From contig NW_003526940.1 in assembly GCF_000181795.1 (NCBI RefSeq), positions 1,027,527 through 1,091,526 on the forward strand: 64,000 bases of DNA, in the 5' to 3' direction. The translations under genes were made by a program, and so were the position numbers. The notes under the pieces are model-generated. The model was not told the origin of the DNA and ran no database searches. It was given only the letters and a program-made list of their open reading frames with translations. Position 1 is the stretch's first letter. The number at the start of each line of letters is the position of its first letter. Positions 44,001 through 58,700 of this stretch are shown here, in pieces. Source of the stretch: Trichinella spiralis (Eukaryota).

Positions 44001-47000
44001 AATACTTTTCATTTTCAAATGAATAAAATTAATCTTACATACATTTATATGTGCTTCATTTGAATTTATATTTTTTTTTCTTTTATTTCTATAATTTAAA
44101 TTATGTGGACAAAAAATACTGACAGAAGTAAAAAAGCTAATATTCAAAACAATCAAAAATACTCACAGGAAGAAAAGACAAAACCAATAGTGAAATTACT
44201 CGAGTAGATTAGTCATTCAAAGATGAATAATTCACCTGCTTTATTAAATGGAATTTCGAAGCAGAAGAGAAATTTCATTGTGATGAGAAAAAGTGAAAAA
44301 TTACCGCTCATTTTGTTTGAAATGCATGATTGATTGAAAGCTCGCGGGAAACCTTTAAAAGTTAAAGTTTGCTTTTACTGACAGGGAAAAATTTTGAAAA
44401 ATATTTATCATCATTAGGTTGTTTTGCCTATTAGTTGGTTAAGCTCAAAAAATTGCTCTCCAAAACCTCAAAATATCAAAGGTTTGCAAAGAAGTAATTA
44501 CGTGCAAATTTTGAATTGGGGAAAATTTTTCTGTTTTTTGCTATTCGAATTAGGATTCAACAAAAAAAGGAGGATGTACTGAAAATTTTAATTCCAAATG
44601 TGAAAATAAATTCAATTTTTTCATTTTCAAAATAGCATTATCAGATGGATATTCAGCTCTGATTTCAATCGTGTTCAGCAAAGCATTTTATTCAAGTATT
44701 TTCCCGCCCATTTAGGCAACAAAAGCCACAGTGTTCATAGTGTTCACGGTGAAATGAATTGGGCCGTTGGCTGTGAAATTGAAAATTGTCGACGTGGAAA
44801 TGAATTTTCCAAAAATTGACCTTAGATCAAACGTTTTTCCGACAACGACATCCATTCCATTAATGCCAATCTATCTCGGTGTCCTTGTTTTTGCTTTGTT
44901 AAAAATATATCCGTTCTAGCTGAAAGCAATGTTCCAGAAAAGCCCAATCCATTCTGAAAAACCAGTCGACAGAAGAGCGTGAAGTTAAGATAATTTTTTA
45001 TAATTTATAACTATTTGCTCTGAAACATGGCAATTAATCCTGACACTTTCTTGTCGCATTTCCATTATGAGAACGAGCTCTTTTTCCTGTGATCGTTTCA
45101 TCAATATGTAGACTAGATACCCGTTTTAACACCCCAATATGAAATTGTAGAAAATAAAACTATAAAACACATTTACTAATCAATTTATAGATTTCATAAT
45201 TTATTAGATTTTTATTTTTGCAGGTACGATAAAAAATAAAAATAATTTTCAAACAATTCAATAACAATTTCAACAGTATGTGTTTCATAACTATACTTTT
45301 GCAAAAGCAAAACGCAGTAATTTTTAATTTTCTTTCACAAAAGTATGCTTCTGATAATATGACTGGTTGATTCAGTCGAAGAGATAATAGAATTGGACTT
45401 TATTTTCCCAACGGTAATCTTACTGAACGTATGGATAAAACACCGGCAATGCATGTGGCCTTCACCTGCTGCTTTTAAATTTAATAAGACTGCATCGCTA
45501 GACAACGGCACACATTAAAATGAATTATGAATAAAATTGAAAATCTTCCTTCCCAGTTGGCCCTCGAAACTGAGCAACACCTTCGACAATACGACCTTCT
45601 TCTCCGAGTATTACGTTCTCTGAGCTGTAAAGTTGAAATTATCAGTAGCAGAAATTCAAATTACAAATCACCACTTCTTCATCAATCGATTTTTCATCTT
45701 TGAACTAGAGATTGTCTTTCCCCACGGCATTTAAACATCATTATATTACATTATGAACACTGTTTTCTGATAATAACAATATTTCTTTTATAATCGCCAA
45801 TTAAATAACTTTGAAATTTTTGCTTTTGTGTTTTCTTCAAAGTACATCCGTTTTGCAATATAATTGAAAATAAATTTTTTGTTTCCCACTTGCATCACAT
45901 GAAGAAGTTAAATTTAATGAATTTTATTTTCACAGATACTTTTTCATCAAAAACAAAGGGCATCTGTTATTTTCTTTTTATTGCTAAAATTTAGCAGTTT
46001 AAAAAAAAGTTTTCAATTTTTAAAATCAAAATTTCCTTCTGCACTAAAGTTGTAATAAATTAGTCTTGCAATACTTAATAGCACAAAGTGAAAAGTAATA
46101 TATTACATAAAGCAGTTGTAGTGCAAAAATATTAATATGCGTCTGTATATTTGATTTGTTTGTTTGTAATTCATGTATTGAAAGGCCTTTATTTTTCATT
46201 CAATTGAAAAACTAAAAACAACATCAATGCCAATCATGTGATAAAGATAAATTTCTATATTTTAATCTTTAAAATCAGAATGCCTGCCACCTTTGGGAAA
46301 CACGTTACCTTTTGCCAGCGCACTGGAACTGTTCATAATAAAGTAACGAGGACAATTTTACTATTGTACAATTTATTCTCCAGTGAGAATATTTTTTTCT
46401 ATTGAAAGGTTAAGCATCCGTTTCATCTGTAATAACAATTGTAAAATTTTTCTATTGAATCAGAAAATCCGAAATACAAATGCTACACAACAATAATACA
46501 ATGATGTATATCAAGAGAAAAATTAAATTTACCTTATTTAAATTTTCGAAAAAAAAGAAAAGCGAAATAAGCTGTTTGTAAATAACTTTGAATATAAGCA
46601 ATAGAGAAAGTTTAATTTTTTTATTTATTAATAAATAAAAAAACATTTTTGTTGACTGAGATTTCTGTTTAAAGTAAAAATTGCCCACATAAGTTTAAAG
46701 AATTTTCAACAACAGCCAAGCACGTTTTGCTCTTTTCAAATTAAAATTATTGCATAGACAACGTGTCAATATAGTTGTGTTTGCAAATTTACAAGCTAAG
46801 ATCACGTGCAATTTGTTGCAATGAAAGAAACTGATGCAACTGCATTTGCTTTATCACCTTCACGTTGCCCATTGCCGGGCAAGTTGATAATTTTCAATTC
46901 TGTTCTATTGGATTGAATTTTTTTTGTTTTTCAAAAATTGCATTGTTTATTAAGCAGCTTGTTTGCTCAGTTATGCTCATCGCTTTCATCTGAATCAAAT

Positions 47001-50000
47001 GTTTTATTGCAGTAAAGTGAAATAAATGCACAATTATTGTCAGAAGAAGAAGAAAACGAGATGAAAAGCAGGCAACAAGCAAAATGTGATAAATCATATT
47101 GCAAGTATAAAAACGAACGTTCCATTTGAATATGCAAAGAAAATTAATTTTACATTTGTATATTTGCGTGATTTGATGGTCAATTGGTATAGTTGAAAAT
47201 TTTGTTTTATTCTGTTGAAATTATCGTGCTCATTTTTGATTTTAATCAGCACTAATTTTAGTGGTTACTGACTATAGTATGATTTATGAGCGGCTTGTCA
47301 ACAAGACCGCTTCAACTGATCCGTTCCATCTTTTGCTGACATGTCCCATTAATAAAACCAAAACTGGAAAGTAAATTGAGTACCTTTGGAAAGCTTTGAA
47401 AAACAAGCGTTACGCAAGCATAACTTTAATTCTATACAAAAATGAAGCTTTTCTACGTTTACGCAAAACAGGTGTTGCAAAGAATACAATTATTCAATGT
47501 ACTATACATATATATATATATATAATCTTTGTATCTACACATATTACATTGTTCTTGATATGTGAATGCACAGAGGATAGAATTTTGCAATTCAATTATT
47601 GTTATTATATTTTACTGAGAAGAGAAATAATGTTTTTTTTTAACTTTAAATATTGGGTGTGAAATTGCACACACAAAAAAGATGTGCAAAATAGAAATTA
47701 TTTATTTTTGCTGATGCGGTGATGGGTGCGTAAAATAGACGACGGCATCTTTCACGCGTCGATGACACGGAACATCTTGCAACCTGTTACTTCTGTTGCC
47801 AGTTGTCGTCGTTGAAATGCGATCAGCCACCGATACGGGAAAGTAATGAAAAACAACTAATACCTGAAGCTGAGCGATCGTTTTCCTTCAAGACCCACAA
47901 TGACAAGTCGAATAAAGCGACCAAACTCAAGTCTGTCAACTTCACGCTTTAAAACAGCATTTTAATGGTCAATACCAGACCGACAGATGTCAATTCCACT
48001 GTGCGTATGTTTTGATCATTTTCACTATAATGACAGTTGTGCAAATGCTTGATCCGGATAAGCAGTTGGAGAAAAATTTTCTGCTGAAAAATTAACCTTC
48101 CCTTCAATTTAACTATCTATCAACTATTTATAATTTGCATCAACATAATTGCATTTTTTCCAACTCCCCTGACTGCCAACATTGCCAACACAATTGTTCA
48201 CATTGCTCAAATTAACTGTTATTCTACGAAACAATATTTTATAATTAAATAAAAATTGACATTTTTTCATGTATCTTTTTTGAATATCAACACTTCTTTA
48301 TAATTTGCAATAACTGCAAACTTTGATTTTTCCGTTGCATTACAAATATATGCTATATATGCAATATCAAAGACAACAGTACAAATTAAACGTCATCAGA
48401 ATTAATGCTAACTTTTTAGCAACTTGTAATTGAACAGTTTGGGGTCATTTAATTGTGTCTGTTTAATTTTTCAACAAAAAAATTTTTCAAACTTCAACTT
48501 ACATTTAAACAAAATTATCATATTTTATTAGCAAAAGCAAATTGATCTACATCCGGTAGTATTCGTTTCATTGTATAGTATTAAAAAAGAACGAAATGAT
48601 TAAACTTTTACAACGCATTATTTATTGCAAATTTAAAAGAGTTGTGCAAAATTAACCTTTTCAATTCAAACACTGATCTTGCATTCTTGAAGTTCTTCCT
48701 TTTTTTTCTTTTGAATACACACCTTTAACAGAATTGAATTATTTTTATAAAACCCACTGAATCATGGGTTTGCCTATTTTCTATGGTTGCTTTACGTTCA
48801 ACTTTTCCACGGTAAAATGACTAATTTTACTTGAAGTGAACATAAAAAAGCAATTAGTTTTGTTACATTGTTGTGAAAAAGTGGCGAATGCGTCGCTTTG
48901 ATTATTAAAGCGCAACAGGAGATCGTAAAAAGTGATAAAAATTGCCGGACAATGTGAATACAATCCACTCGTGGGAGAATGCAAAGACCACCATTGAAGA
49001 CCGGTTCCAATAAAAATGTTCCACTTTGGCCCGAATTCCTTTTTCTTTTCTGAACCATGATTTTTTGGTTACAATTCCGACAAGTAATCAGAGGAAATTA
49101 AAAATTTATGCAAATGTACAATTGTATTACAGATCGAAAAAGAGGATCTGTTGAAAAATAGTAACTTTTTTGAAAGGGTGGAGGGTTATTTTTTTTTGAA
49201 ACTGAAATATGAACTGCAAATTCAATGCATTGCTATTTGTCAAGCTGGCAGCAATGACGCGAATACGTGCACCGTAGCAGCAGTTGGCTCATCTCTTGTT
49301 GAACGTTGAACGGGGTGCGGAAGAGAAGAGAAACAAGATGCGAGTCGAGTGCCATCACATTCACGGCCGGAATGAAAAGCGGGCGAGGCATTTTCGAAGC
49401 CGCTTTCAAGAGGACCGCCCTTGCCCTGGCCTCAGTATTGCCATCAGCAAACATGAATAACATGTACAGTACACTCTGATTTGAACTGTTCGATTGTTAG
49501 CTAATACGAAAAATACGGTCTGTATCAGTGGATCGAGACCACGCACGAAACATAGGTGAAGTTTACGAAACTTACAGTAAGACTAAGTAAAGCTAGACAA
49601 CTGGCCAGCTAATTTTGGCAGCTCAACCGGCTCCGGCTATGCTGAAACAGAGAGTCAGGAAATGAATGAAGCGGAAATTTAAGCGTGTTCTAACAATGTC
49701 GCCACTCTTGGACCCCGTGAATGTGTCGTTTTTCAAACGCTGTTAAATGATGAAGCGATCAGTGCAGGAGATTGGCAGCTCATCTTTGGCGGTTGATGTC
49801 AAACGCCCATGCTTAATGCAGTTTCAAAACAGCACAGTTGGCTGTTGAATTTGATGATCGATTATCGCCAGCGGTTTGTGTAGATGAGAAGCGTCTGCTA
49901 TCTTCAACACGCTTGTTCAGGTGATAGCGATGCCAATCTCGAACCCAAACCCGGCGCCGTCGTGACCAACTGAATTACAATGTCAATGTGTTTTTTCCAT

Positions 50001-52858
50001 AGAATATCCACCGACCACACACGTTCATTTTTATAACTTTATTCACAATTATGCAAAAGAACACTTGAATCATTTGTGAAATAAGGCAATTTTAAAATTC
50101 CAATAGTTAAGAGACCCGATTTGAAACCAAGAATTTAATCACTTGTTAAAAGTAGGTGAACATTTTCAAGCAATGCCAAATCAGGATATCAACAACTACT
50201 ACTTTTAAAAAAAACCAAAAAAATATAAAATTCGAAAGAATTTTATTTTAATGAAAAATGATGCATCAACTTCAGACAACAGTCGGCAACAGAAATTTTT
50301 GCAAAAACAAAACAACATTTATTTCACGTTGATAATGATAAATAAAAAAGAGAACAATTGAAATAAATCAACTGGTTAATAACGTTGATGTGAAAGGTAT
50401 TTCATAAACAACAAAATTAAAAATGTTCAACTTACAGCTCAACTTTAATGTTTTATAATAACACTAATTGTGTGAAATGAAGAGCTTGATATTCATTTTT
50501 TTAGCTAATTGACAAGCACATTGAAAAAAAATTGGATTAATAAATAATTGCATTTTTGAATGTACATTTGTATTGAATAGTAAGTTTGTAATTAAATACA
50601 TATTATATTTAAAATAAAAATTAAATTTTTGTTTATCTAAGGGACAAAAGAATTTGTTGGAATTGTTAATTGTAAAATGGAGTTGAAGTTCGTGACGCTG
50701 TCTGTGACGCAAATGAATAGTAAATTCGCTTTGCCGCTGTTCTTCCGGCAGCTTGTCGATGTAGAAAGGTGCGAAAGTGAGGATGTCATAATTTTCAAAC
50801 ACTCACCTGACTGCTGTGCAATAATCTGCTTTTCTTTGTAACAGATTTTTGATTTCTGTTCTCTTTTTTTCCCATCAATATCCATTTTTTTAATTTTGAC
50901 AAATAAATAAATAAGTTGAAATGTTCAACAGAAAAAAATATTCATTTCAGCTTACTGCTGATCATCCAACTACAAGCAAACAAGTGGAGCGAGAAGAAAA
51001 CGTCAGCTGTAAAAGCTGGTCGGTGTTGTTTTGCTTGCAACCGCTTTCAAACAGAGAATTCGGCTAGGCTAGTTGAAAATCTGGGAAAAAATTATAAACA
51101 AAATTATTAATTCATCCTTATTAAATGTACAACAGAAACATACGAATGAAAATCCCTATCCTATGCATTCTGTGATGCAAATCAGAAATATGGATGTTGC
51201 ACAACAAAATATGACGAATGAACTTCTTTTACTTCCAACGCATTTTCACACTTTTGAACTGGTTTTAATTGGATTGCCAAATTTACTTAGCTGAATTTTT
51301 CATCGCTTTATAAATTGAACATTTTCCAGAGCGGTGCAAAGGAAAAATTTTAATATTCCGGGACAAAGTCATAATAAAGGTGATTGATTATTAATTTAGA
51401 AGCACGTTGAATTCTGCGAACATTACGGCGTGAAAATGAATTTATCATCATCTTGTTGTTGTGCCATCTTTTTTCCACTTGCCTATTTTGGTCCAGAAAC
51501 AAAGAATCATAACCTTACGTAAATAGAAGCGTTCAACATCACCATAATCATCTTTCGTTTTCTTCAATCCTTCACTATTCAGTTGCTTACTTACATTGAT
51601 TATTCTCTGTGTGAAAATGCAAACAGCGCGCACATAATACATTCAACTGGACTGTTGTCTGCTTCATGAAACGTAAAAAATTTTTTTTTCTATTTAATAT
51701 TACTTGTTTATTTGTTATTTTATTTTCGAACATACATTACTAAAAAAAATAATGTGCAGTATTTTTTCTCTCTTTTAAATCATAATACACCATATCATAG
51801 CTTGTGTTTCAAATAATGCTTCTTCACAAATCGACTTTATTTACCTTGTATTATTGCTTTTCCATTGTTTAAAACTGTGAGGTGAGATGGAACTTGAATT
51901 GATTTGTTTGAAATTGCCATTTGACAAATTAATACTCATTGCTAGTGAAAAAAAATACAAAAACAAGCTACATCTTCAAATAAAGCAAAGTGATATAGAA
52001 AAAAAATTGGCAAAACATTTCCTTTTTCATCAAAAATTTCCACTGCATATTTTCCTCCTACTCATTGCAATTTTATTTATAATTTTGTTTGAAAATATTT
52101 TAAAATTTACCATAAGAATTTGTTTATTTTTAAAAAAGAATAAAAAGTAGCAAGTAAATTTTGAAATAGAAAATAATATTCTACGCCAATTGTTGCCGAT
52201 ATGTTTGTTCTCACTGCGTGGCACCAATTCTCCAGGCTGTGGCAATGTTTTCAAGGAAAAAGGTGTGAATTTGGCGATCGCCGATGATTGAATGCCATGT
52301 CAAAAGGCGACGATGAACGTAAACTGCAAGCCGACCGGAAGCTGTGAAATGGTGGCTTGATGAAAAAAAAACTGAAGCATAAAAAAACCCAGCAACTCTC
52401 ATGTCTTTTATTTTGGAAAAAATAGTTCAGTCTATTATTTATTGTCATTATTTTCTACGTTATATGTCAAAGTGATAAACAAAAACACTGGAAAGCAAAT
52501 AGAAATTAAGCACAACGGTTCAGTTAAATTATTATATTACACATGTGCACAAGTGGCCGGGCAAAGACATTCATTCATTCACATATCAAAGTACTAGAAT
52601 TTGAGAGACAAAATAACTGAGTAAGAAAAGAGGTTTGAGAGGAGGCTACCGACGTGGGCGGCCAGCTTCAAGTCAAATTTTCCAACTGTGGGAACGAAGT
52701 CAGGCCGGGGTCAACAACGGTCAAGAGTAGTCGGCCACGTCAAAAGCGGCTTCTGCCAAGCCCCAAGTTTGTTAAGCGAAATCTTTCGGCGACCTGTTTG
52801 CATACACTTGCTGTGCAGCGATCAACCTGTCGCCGCCGCTTTAAGCTGCTTTCTTCTG

Positions 52859-55247
52859 TCAATCTTTGCGTATCAAGTTGCACACATCCAGCGCCGAGCC
52901 GGCGGTCAGCGGCCCTGAAACGGCGCCGGTTGTGGGAGGCGATGACACTTGGCCAGCGGCAGCCGCGCTTGCTTTTCCACTTGCAGCGCCGATTATGCCA
53001 TTGGCGTTGTTATTTATCCCACCACTTTGTTGAATTGAAGCAACTGGCACTAAACGCTGCTGGGGGCTCAGAAACGATCCACCTAACGTTGACGTGCCAC
53101 TACCAGTCAGTGTTGTCGGTCCAGCAAACTGGGCAAAGCAGCCGAACGGCGCTTGTCGGCTTGCGGCTAATGAAGCCATTTGTGCATTCAATAATAGATC
53201 CTTTTGTAAAGCTGGATTGTAAAACGCACTCAAAAATGATGACGACGGTTCGGCTAAGCCGGCAGCAAGAAACGGGCTTACAGTTGGAGACCCTAGGCCA
53301 AAAGACAGAGATGGTCTGGTTGGGTTGAAATTTTGCATCAAATTTGAATGAAAAAAAGCCGCCATAAGTGGATACTGTGCAGCCGCAGCTACCATCGATG
53401 CGGATGCATTTGGTACACTTGTGGCCGGGCCGAACACTGGCTGTATAGCGACGTTCGGTAAAGCAACGGAGCTGCTGCTCTCTTTGTTTGCTGCTTGGAA
53501 AGTTGTACTGGCTAATTGCTTCATTTCGTCACCAGCTTTTGCTTTCACCTCTGATGAATCAGTGTCCTCTTTTCGCCTCTCGGACAGCTGATTGTGGTCA
53601 ATACGAGCCTGTTTTGCTGACACTCTGGAATCGCTTGATTTAGCGCCTGTACTGCGATGCTCTGTATATTAAAAAACAAAACAAAATAAACAATAAACTT
53701 TTCATTAACACATACGTAACATAGCAAACATATCGAGAGTAAAAGCAAAAAAATAGCAATATAAAAAAATGCTTTAAAAATGTTTACCTTCTTCGTCATC
53801 ATCTTCTTCATCGTCTTCATCAGATGAAGTAGACGAGTCGTTCGGATGATGGCGCTTCAGTGAAGAAGCACGGCGTATTTCGTCTGCTTCACCGCCGGCG
53901 TCACTATCAACGCTAGCTTTGGTCGCGCTGGCATGACTGCACAAAGGCGACTCGGCGCCGGTTGATGTCGTCGTTATTTCACCCATGCAAGCTGCCGAAT
54001 CGGCCTTGAAAGTAGCAAAACGTCTACAATAATGCGAGGATTATTATCGTTTGATTTATTTTTATTGTCATTTAATAATTACTTTTTCTCCCGCTTTCCA
54101 GCTCCAGTGTCACGGAAGCCTTTAGCGAACGGGTTGTTGTCGATTTTCAGTTGAGTAATCTGCAAATTCAAGCAAAGAACAATGAACATGCTTGTAACAC
54201 ATGCTTGGGCATGCATGCGCGTCAAATTTTATTTTGTCTGCGCTTTCAGAATCTCACCTTTTCATTCTGGTAGGCCGTGACTGCAATGAATTCGGTCTCT
54301 TTAAACACAAACGTGCGGAACGTCGAATACGGCAATTTAAGAATGTCATTGGCTCGAACGACGTGAAACCGGGGCTGATATTTGTGCATCGAGTTCAGTA
54401 TTGTCTGCAAGCGTCAAATCAAAGGTGTGTAAAGAAATAACAGATTGCAAGGAAAACAAAGCACTTACAAAGCCGTGTTTGTCAGAGATGTTGTTAGTCA
54501 ACTTGAGCTTATGGAATGAGATCACCTTTTGCATCCATTGTTCACCGCTGGCGGGTGAGTCCGGATGAATATACATGCGTTTGGGCATTTCTGGGTCCGC
54601 TTTGCCGGCAACAATCCAACGTGAATTGTGAAATTTGTATCTACAATCATCAGCGGGCACCACGTCCATCAATAAAATGTATTTTGCTCGTTTATCCAAT
54701 CCATTCAAGCGCACCTTAAATGCAGGAAACATTCGCCTGAAAAAAATTTAAATTGATGAAAAGAAAGTATTTATTGATTTTTTGTTTACCTTCCGCTTTT
54801 TGTAATCACCATTTCTGTACCAAGGACATGAAATTCGTCCCAAAGTTCCCTTGATTCAAGTTCAACTTTTGGATCATCTACTAAATTGTCCGTCTGCTCA
54901 TCAACACTGCCGGCCGTCGAAGGCAAAGTGTTGCACCCGTGAGCAGCGTTCAATAGTTCTTCGGATACGCCGGTTCCGAATCGTGGCAGTAAGTTGGTGT
55001 GCATTGACGTTCCGAGTTGCGGTGCAGTAGGGACCAGTGATGACAATGAATGCAAATAGCTGCTGGCAGGAGTAACGAACGTGGGCGGCAAAAAGCCAGC
55101 GGCAGCTAAATCTGGCCGACCGATCAAAAATGGATTGAACGACATCGTTGCTTGGCTGTTAGCGTACATCGAAGGCAATGGTGTAAAAGTGGAAGCAATT
55201 TTTTCCAATGATGATGAATCACAACAGTCGACCAGGTCGAACTTCAT
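52859..55247 (-). CDS. tbx-2: T-box transcription factor, Tbx2/3 (omb) subfamily
   Basis: Exons 54790-55247, 54469-54736, 54258-54404, 54083-54159, 53788-54023, 52859-53661. T-box [11 protein letters not shown]...[15 protein letters not shown] ... [17 protein letters not shown] ... [12 protein letters not shown] ... [17 protein letters not shown] is diagnostic for Tbx2/3. N-terminal SFNPFL motif. Confidence 0.96.
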
Positions 55248-55340
55248 CACAATTTCCTCAGTGACTTGTGTAGCCGGTCAGCGCGACGCATACTGCTGCC
55301 AAATGCACTGGAACACTGTTGCCGTAAAGAGCTGCTGAAT

Positions 55341-55770
55341 TTGACACCTACAAAGACGTATTTGCTCGATGCTGCAACAAACGCCTCGCGTTTCTTGTCA
55401 ACGCGAACACCATTGGCGTGTCGCCTCAGCACTTGCTTAAACAGCCAATCAGAATCGGCGGAGGCGGGACGCGTCAGCAGTTGATTGGCGTGCGGCGGTT
55501 AACACGGACAATAATTTACCAGCGTGTCAATGGCGACGACAAGCGGGCGGGCGGCCGCCGTTCAAAATCCACTTGCGGCTACCCAATTAAAACTGCGTTA
55601 CAGTAATTCAGTCAGTTTTTGTTCCCAAGACAATTGGATGTTTTATTTCCTTTTTTTACAATAGACACTGACCGTCAGTGTCAGGTTGCGTCAGTTAATC
55701 TTTATTTATTTATTTTATTCTATTCGATATTCTTCTTCATCGTTTAATTACTCAGTGCCACTAGTGGCCT
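55341..55770 (-). promoter_or_regulatory. Probable tbx-2 proximal promoter (paired CCAAT boxes, GC box, T-box half-site, dyads)
   Basis: AGCCAATCAG at 55443-55452 and inverted TTGATTGGCG at 55481-55490 flank GAGGCGGGAC. TGACACCT at about 55342. Palindromes at 55664-55682 and 55757-55768. Confidence 0.55.
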
Positions 55771-58700
55771 TGTGGTGAATTAATGGAAAAATGGATGAAA
55801 GGCACAGGATTTGAGAACTAACACCGTTCTAACCCAAAGACCGGTTCTCTTTCTGGGTGCCAGTTTTCTGATCACTTGCGTGTCTTTCAGGCTTGCTAGC
55901 CAGCCCTGAAGAGGTAGAGAAACAGAGATGCGCACAAAGTTGACAAAATCAATCTGGACACTGGTCTGATGTGCAACTAACTCTCTTTTACCAACCGGCT
56001 ACGATTAATTGCAACAAAGCATCAGTTGGTATGATTGTTGCGGGTGACTTTTTTCTTCTCTTCCCACAATATGCAGAAACTACAAAATGACGAGCTGTTC
56101 AGAAAATAAAAAATACTGACCACGTGAAAAGATTACTACTACTAACTTGACATTAGCTATGATGACAATGTGTACTTTGAAAGCAAGCAAAATAAAAACA
56201 TGTTTGAAATTAGAATAACAGAATGATTTATCATCAGCAAGTTTACAATTGAAAAGATGATCAGCGGATTAATTTGATGTTTTCACTTCAGTTATTTATT
56301 ATTCAGTCGAAGTGAAAATTAATTACGAAAGTGGATGTGATTGTTTCAAATGATAATCATGACGGTACTTTTCAATAAACTTGCTTAAAAGCAGATGCTG
56401 CATATAAGTATTTATTGTATAAATATATCTTTTTTGTCATTATTTTTTCTTCACATCAGCTTTGTATTAATATTTGCGTAGCTAACGTACAGCAAGCAAA
56501 TCATCAATACTATATACAAAAAAGCTACATGCTATTATTGCATTAATAAATTCTTTACGTGCAAAGAGGGCTGGCTATTCATTTCATAAAAAAGAAAAAT
56601 AGATTTTATACTTCTGTTTTTTATTGAATTATTTTTTTATGAATTCTATTATATTTTTTATTAAAATTGTAAATAAATGTATTTTTGGTTTCAAAAAATT
56701 GAATATATTTGAGCAAGTTTCGAAGTAGCATTTATTTATTTTTAGCATTTCAAAGGCTAGAAAAAAGGCAGCTTGGATTTTCTAAAGCCAAACCGCGATT
56801 TACTTTCCTGATTATCATGGTTTGCTTTTGCCTAGATCAACCTAATTTTTATTGCAAATAATAAAAAGTGAAAAACAGACATCCGGATCAAAGTCGCTTC
56901 CAGCACTGGTAAGCCAATGTCAATAGCTTAGCCAAACTTATTGTGTCATCATGTGACGGCAAGTGATTTTGTTCTTCAAAACTTTTCAAAGAAACAAAAC
57001 AACGTGCAATTGATTTTGCAATAGCGTTTTATGACCTTTCATTAGCATTTAAATCACTATAAAGTCCGTAAAATGTTGTACCTACGTAATTATGTGTACA
57101 TGTTATAAATTTAAGATTATCACTAAAGTGCTTGAGGTGAATTTATGCAATTCAAATTTCTACAAAGTTCACACGATCCATATCGCATATTTTTAAATGA
57201 AATCTCTTACATTCTAATTTGTTTTAGTCAAAATGAAAACAATAAAATGAATATAATGGGAACAACTGAATTGTTGCTGTTACGCCTCCCTTTTATTTAA
57301 TTGTCAACATTATGCATTCAGATTGATACACACAATCTGTCAGTTTATAATAATAATAATAATAATTTATGCTGTTACAGTTATTATTATTAGCTGCAAT
57401 AAACAAAGAACAGTGCCAGTTTTGCCGTGTATATTTTTTCAACTGTCATATTCATTAGCTTGCATACTTTTGAAATTCAAATAGATTTCGCTTGTTACGT
57501 GAATTTCATATTTAAATGAAAGGCTCTTTAAAAGAGAAATGTAGTTTTTGGCAAAAAAAATTTTCAACATCAAAACGATCAAACTGAAAGTTACACCTTT
57601 CAGACAGCACATGTTTATGTGTTCACGAAGCAATTTTTCTTCGTTAACAACATGGCAGAAAGTAGTTTCTCTGAATTGGTTCATTTAAATTATTTTTTCT
57701 CTACTTTTCAGCTCTTTTAGTCTTATTTTTTCAATATTACATTTATAATTTATGAACTTTTTTATCTTGAAGCTCAAAGACGATTTTACAATATTAAACA
57801 ATATACAAATACTTTCTTAATTGGCTTAATTAATGCGAATAAAAATTATAGTTTAGATTTCGGCTGATAAATGCAGCACGCTTTGCGATGGAAGTTGTCA
57901 GGAAAACTGAAGGCTGCCTGCAGTTGTATACGCTTAATTTTAGAAAACAACTTGAAATAGCTTTTTTATTCAAAATTAAAACTGCCTTTATCAGCAATTT
58001 GAAAATATTAAATATTTTAAACATGTGTATTTAAGTCTGTTGTAAATTTACCTAAGAATGTCAGAGAAAAAATAGTATTGGAAAGTATTTGATTTTAAAA
58101 GTTTGCTTTGATTTTGATTTGATAAAACAACAAGCTTACAGTTGTGCATTCGCTCAGAATGTTCAGACATTAACAGCTCTTTTTGCTTGCTTTTTTGAAT
58201 GGTTTTATGTTGTGAACAAACGAAAAAAAATTTTCCGTTCTATTCATTGTGCAGTTTATTGCATCTGTCTCTCTTCATTTAAGCATTGCAAATAAAGCTG
58301 AAAATACAGGTGCAATTGTTTCCTGTTTTTATTGCTGTAACGTTTCCAGCAGGCATTTTATTAGAAAAAACATGTTTACAAATTTATTATTGATTATTTT
58401 CCTTCATAACAGCATGCTTAATCGCAAATATTACAATATTTTATACGTGAAACTGATTACTTTCAATCAGACTATTCAATTTATAAATTTATTAAATTAA
58501 TTGTCTTATGGATAGAAGAGAAAAAATATTGAAATATTTTTTATCAAATCAGTGGCTAAGTGGCTCTATTATTGACGGTGGCTATGATCGATTAGGGGGT
58601 GGATAGTCAAATCGGATGATATTAGCTATGGAAAAAGATTAGATTATTTGCCGACTGGACCAAATTGTTTGCATGGGCGGCGGTTTGGTCACCTGCGGAG

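Noticed and set aside
49465..49500. TACAGTACACTCT, similar to a Tc1/pogo terminus
   Set aside because: No partner TIR or transposase trace found.
38100..52600. Many 60-110 aa ORFs in the spacer between BCAS3 and tbx-2
   Set aside because: Low-complexity F/I/L/K/N composition expected from AT-rich DNA, often with non-ATG starts; no spliceable gene model found.
52654..53328. 224-aa plus-strand ORF
   Set aside because: Antisense shadow of the Ala/Ser-rich last tbx-2 exon.
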